Positions 61,225-64,000 of a stretch of 64,000 bases of DNA are shown piece after piece; position 1 is the stretch's first letter; each line of letters starts with the position of its first letter. The stretch is from positions 744,001 to 808,000 of the forward strand of contig RSEE01000008.1 of assembly GCA_003971905.1 (NCBI GenBank), in the 5' to 3' direction. This DNA comes from Moniliella sp. 'wahieum'. Lineage: Eukaryota. The notes under the pieces were generated by a model. That model did no database searches. It saw nothing but the letters and a program-made list of their open reading frames with translations, and was not told the origin of the DNA. The translations under genes and the position numbers were made by a program.

Positions 61225-64000
61225 ATGGAGCCTTCTCCCCTCGGGGGCAGGCGGCGGCGGCAGTGCGCCCGCCCGACACCATGCCGCCGACAGCCGTCTG
61301 CTCGCCAACCTCATCCGCGCCGAGAAGACTCGATGGGCGCCCTCGCCACGCCGACCCTGCCCTCCACACCGCCGCCTCGGCCCTCGTGCCTGGGGCGCCG
61401 CTGAGGGCTCCGGCGGCGTCGGCGCCACCGCCGACATGGCCAGCACCGCCGCCGTCGCCGGCCTCCTCCACGCCGTCGCCGACTCGCAGCGCACCCACGT
61501 CGCCGCCATCGACGGCTACCGCGCTGCGCTCAAGGACGTCTTGGCCCGCGAAGATTCCATCCGCGACGTGCTCCGTGACCGCGACATCCTGGTCAGCCGC
61601 TTGATCAAGGCCAGCAAGAAGCGTGTCAAGGACACCCGCGTCGATGCGCAGGCCGAGAAGATCAACGAGGCCCAGCGCGAGCTGCGCGCCTGCGAAACTG
61701 TCCTCGCCGCCGAACAGGCCGCCTTGGTCGGTGTCAAGCGCCGCACCTTTAAGGAGGCTCTTACCATGCGCGCCAAGACCATGGGTGACGTGGGCAACGC
61801 CATGGTCGAGGCCGCCCAGGAAACCATTATGCTCCTTGATGGCTTTGACTCGCAACGCCCCACGTTTTATCCCGACGATGCCTCCACCTACCCTGCCTCG
61901 CCCGACCACCAACGCGCCCCCCGAGTTTTACTCCCAACCGCCCCCGATGATCCAGCCTGCGTATGAACCTGGCTCGACGTTCCCGGACACGGCGTCCTAC
62001 GCCGACCCCGGATACGCGCGTACGTTTTCTCTCCTCCCCCCCATTCTCGCATGCAACTAACCCCCCCTTCTCTGTCCGCGCCCATGTCAAAAGTCACCGC
62101 AGTACCCCCCGTCCATGTATGCGAATGTTCCTCCCGGCCAACAATTTGGCGCTTCTGACCCACCTGGCGTGCACCCCCCGGCTCCGAGCCGTACGATGCA
62201 ACGCCGGTGAGTGAAGCTCCCTCGGTTTCTGTTCCTGGTTCTACTGGTTTCCCATCTGCGTCCAACTCTCCCCCTTCGCTGCGGGGTGCGGTTGCCACGC
62301 CTGTCGAACGTCCTTCCATCCCTGCCCCGCACCGCCTCAACTCCCAAACTGGAGTTGGCTCTGACGCCTTCTTCCCATCTGTGTCCGATCCTAACGATGT
62401 CCCGCCCGATCCGGCGGGCGCGAACGAGGAAGAGAATACGAGAATGGCGTGCCCTTGGACCTCGCCGCTTTAAAAGCCTATCCGGCGCCCGCGAATGAAC
62501 ACACTGCCCCACCGCCCCCTTAGCGCTGGTGGGGTCAGTGGCGGTGCGCCGGTCCTGTCTTCCCCCCACAGCGTTGCCCCTCTTTCCGCTCCCTTAGGTC
62601 CCGGGACTCAAACCGGAACCGGGACTGGGAGCGGTGCCCACTTGGCCCCCACAACAGGCCATTTTAGTGCCTCCTCCTCCTCCATCCCTACCCCCTCTCT
62701 CTTCTTTCCCACCAACAACTGCAACACCTCTCTCCCGAACAACAACAGTATTTCGCACAACAACAACAGTTTGCGTCCCCTTCCCCAGGCTCGGTCCATC
62801 AACTCTATCCTGGCCCCCCTGGCTCCGGCTTGCAGCAATCCCGGGGTAGCTACTACGACGAGTCATATGCGCCGTATGAGCAGCCAGGCTTCCCGTCGCC
62901 GTATAGCGGGGCTGCAGCTTCTACCTTTTCGGCTTCCGTCAGCGGTGCAGGCGGCCGAGCGAGCAGCCTGACCAACCCGGCCTATCTGCCTCACCAGAAC
63001 AATTATCAACCGGGAACGTTCCAGAACAGCTCGAGCTACCAGCAGGCGCTACAGGGCATCACTTCGAACGAAGAAGGTGGCGATCCACCTGCCACTGGTC
63101 GCCCTGGACCGTCGAAAAAGCCATCGGGCCTTTTGGGACGAATGAGCAAACTTTTCCGTCCTGATAATGTTCCTTCTCTTCTCCCCGGTGCGGGAGGCAG
63201 GCGTGCTTCTCGTGAGGAACCCCAGGAAGAGGACAGTTCCGGGGACGAAAGCGCTCGTTTGCCTGAACCTACCGGCGACGGTTGGCACACTCGCACTGCT
63301 GGTAACCTTCGTTCGATTAAGGGCGAGAGTTCCCGTTCCTTTTTGGCTCGGGCTACTGGCCGAGGAGGTGGTGGCTCCTCCTCAGACGAGGACGAGGGGG
63401 AGGTGACCGAGAGACATGTCAATGGCCATTTCGCCTCGGACGCCGCGTCGACGCGGACGGGCAAACGTTCTCTGCTAAGCCGCATGGCTGGCAAGCCGGC
63501 CGCTGCTACCGAGGAGGTCTCGATATCTAACCGGAGCACACGCGACGAAGACGCGGAAGTGCAACGGCGGGTGCACGAGTCGGTGGTAGGTGCTGGGATT
63601 GGGCGACAACCTGTTCCGCCTGCCCAGAAAGAGCAGGCAGACGGTAGGTTGGTTCGCTCTGTCTCCAATCCCACCGGTGCCACCCCCCGGTCAAACGCAA
63701 GGTGACCAAGAAGGTCAAACGTCCTGCTCGCCCTAGTTCGCGCGCCACGTCGGAACCAGGTAGTGGTGCTGGCGCCAAGCCCGCCGGGGCTGCCACCACC
63801 ACCACTGTGAAACGTTCGACCAGTGTGGCGACCAAGCCACGCACTGTGACCGTAACCGGCGATGCTAGCACAGGGACCCGCCACTCGCGCATCTCTTCCG
63901 CCGGGCATGGATCCGCGGCCGGTAAGCATTCGTCTGTTACCCCGTTGTTGCCGCCAGGGAAGTATGCCATCTCGAACTGGGTGGCCAACTCCAAGGATGT
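61225..64000 (+). CDS. Pil1/Lsp1-like eisosome BAR-domain protein with long low-complexity tail; frameshifted, probably runs off the window
   Basis: ADSRLLANLIRAEK..AWG..YRAALKDVLAREDSIRDVLRDRDILVSRLIKASKK..AQRELRACETVLAAEQ..KRRTFKEAL coiled-coil pattern. Confidence 0.6.

Overview
Eukaryotic fungal DNA, most likely an intron-poor basidiomycete (GC-rich codons, short GT..AG introns with CTRAC branch points, fungal-type Dad2, Vac8, Hsp78 and Pil1-like genes). About 20 protein-coding loci: RhoGAP, DAD2, a GDSAG alpha/beta hydrolase, a head-to-head RPS6/RPS13 pair, a DUF3602-like gene, three paralogous secreted proteins, RPL13, PAB1, VAC8, an SPX-RING E3, HSP78, a single-pass membrane protein, UPS1, a TMEM41/Tvp38-like gene, a multi-UIM protein, a Pil1-like BAR protein and several weak hypothetical genes. 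There are also two intron-containing tRNA-Leu(AAG) genes. Most long genes carry 1-2 nt deletions that look like assembly errors, so their boundaries are approximate. Three structures go beyond the gene list. (1) A non-coding lattice of 7-bp units (A-xyy'x'-T palindrome plus 1 nt, i.e. TNA every 7 bp) recurs in most intergenic regions with a dozen or more different cores. (2) A ~1.35-kb inverted duplication of a secreted-protein gene, about 1.04 kb of it apparently identical, brackets a 4.2-kb spacer with a third paralog; a GNA-triloop hairpin/minisatellite element sits exactly at one breakpoint. (3) A degenerate ~2.8-kb tandem duplication has units that each end in tRNA-Leu. All family assignments come from motif recognition by eye; no database search was run.
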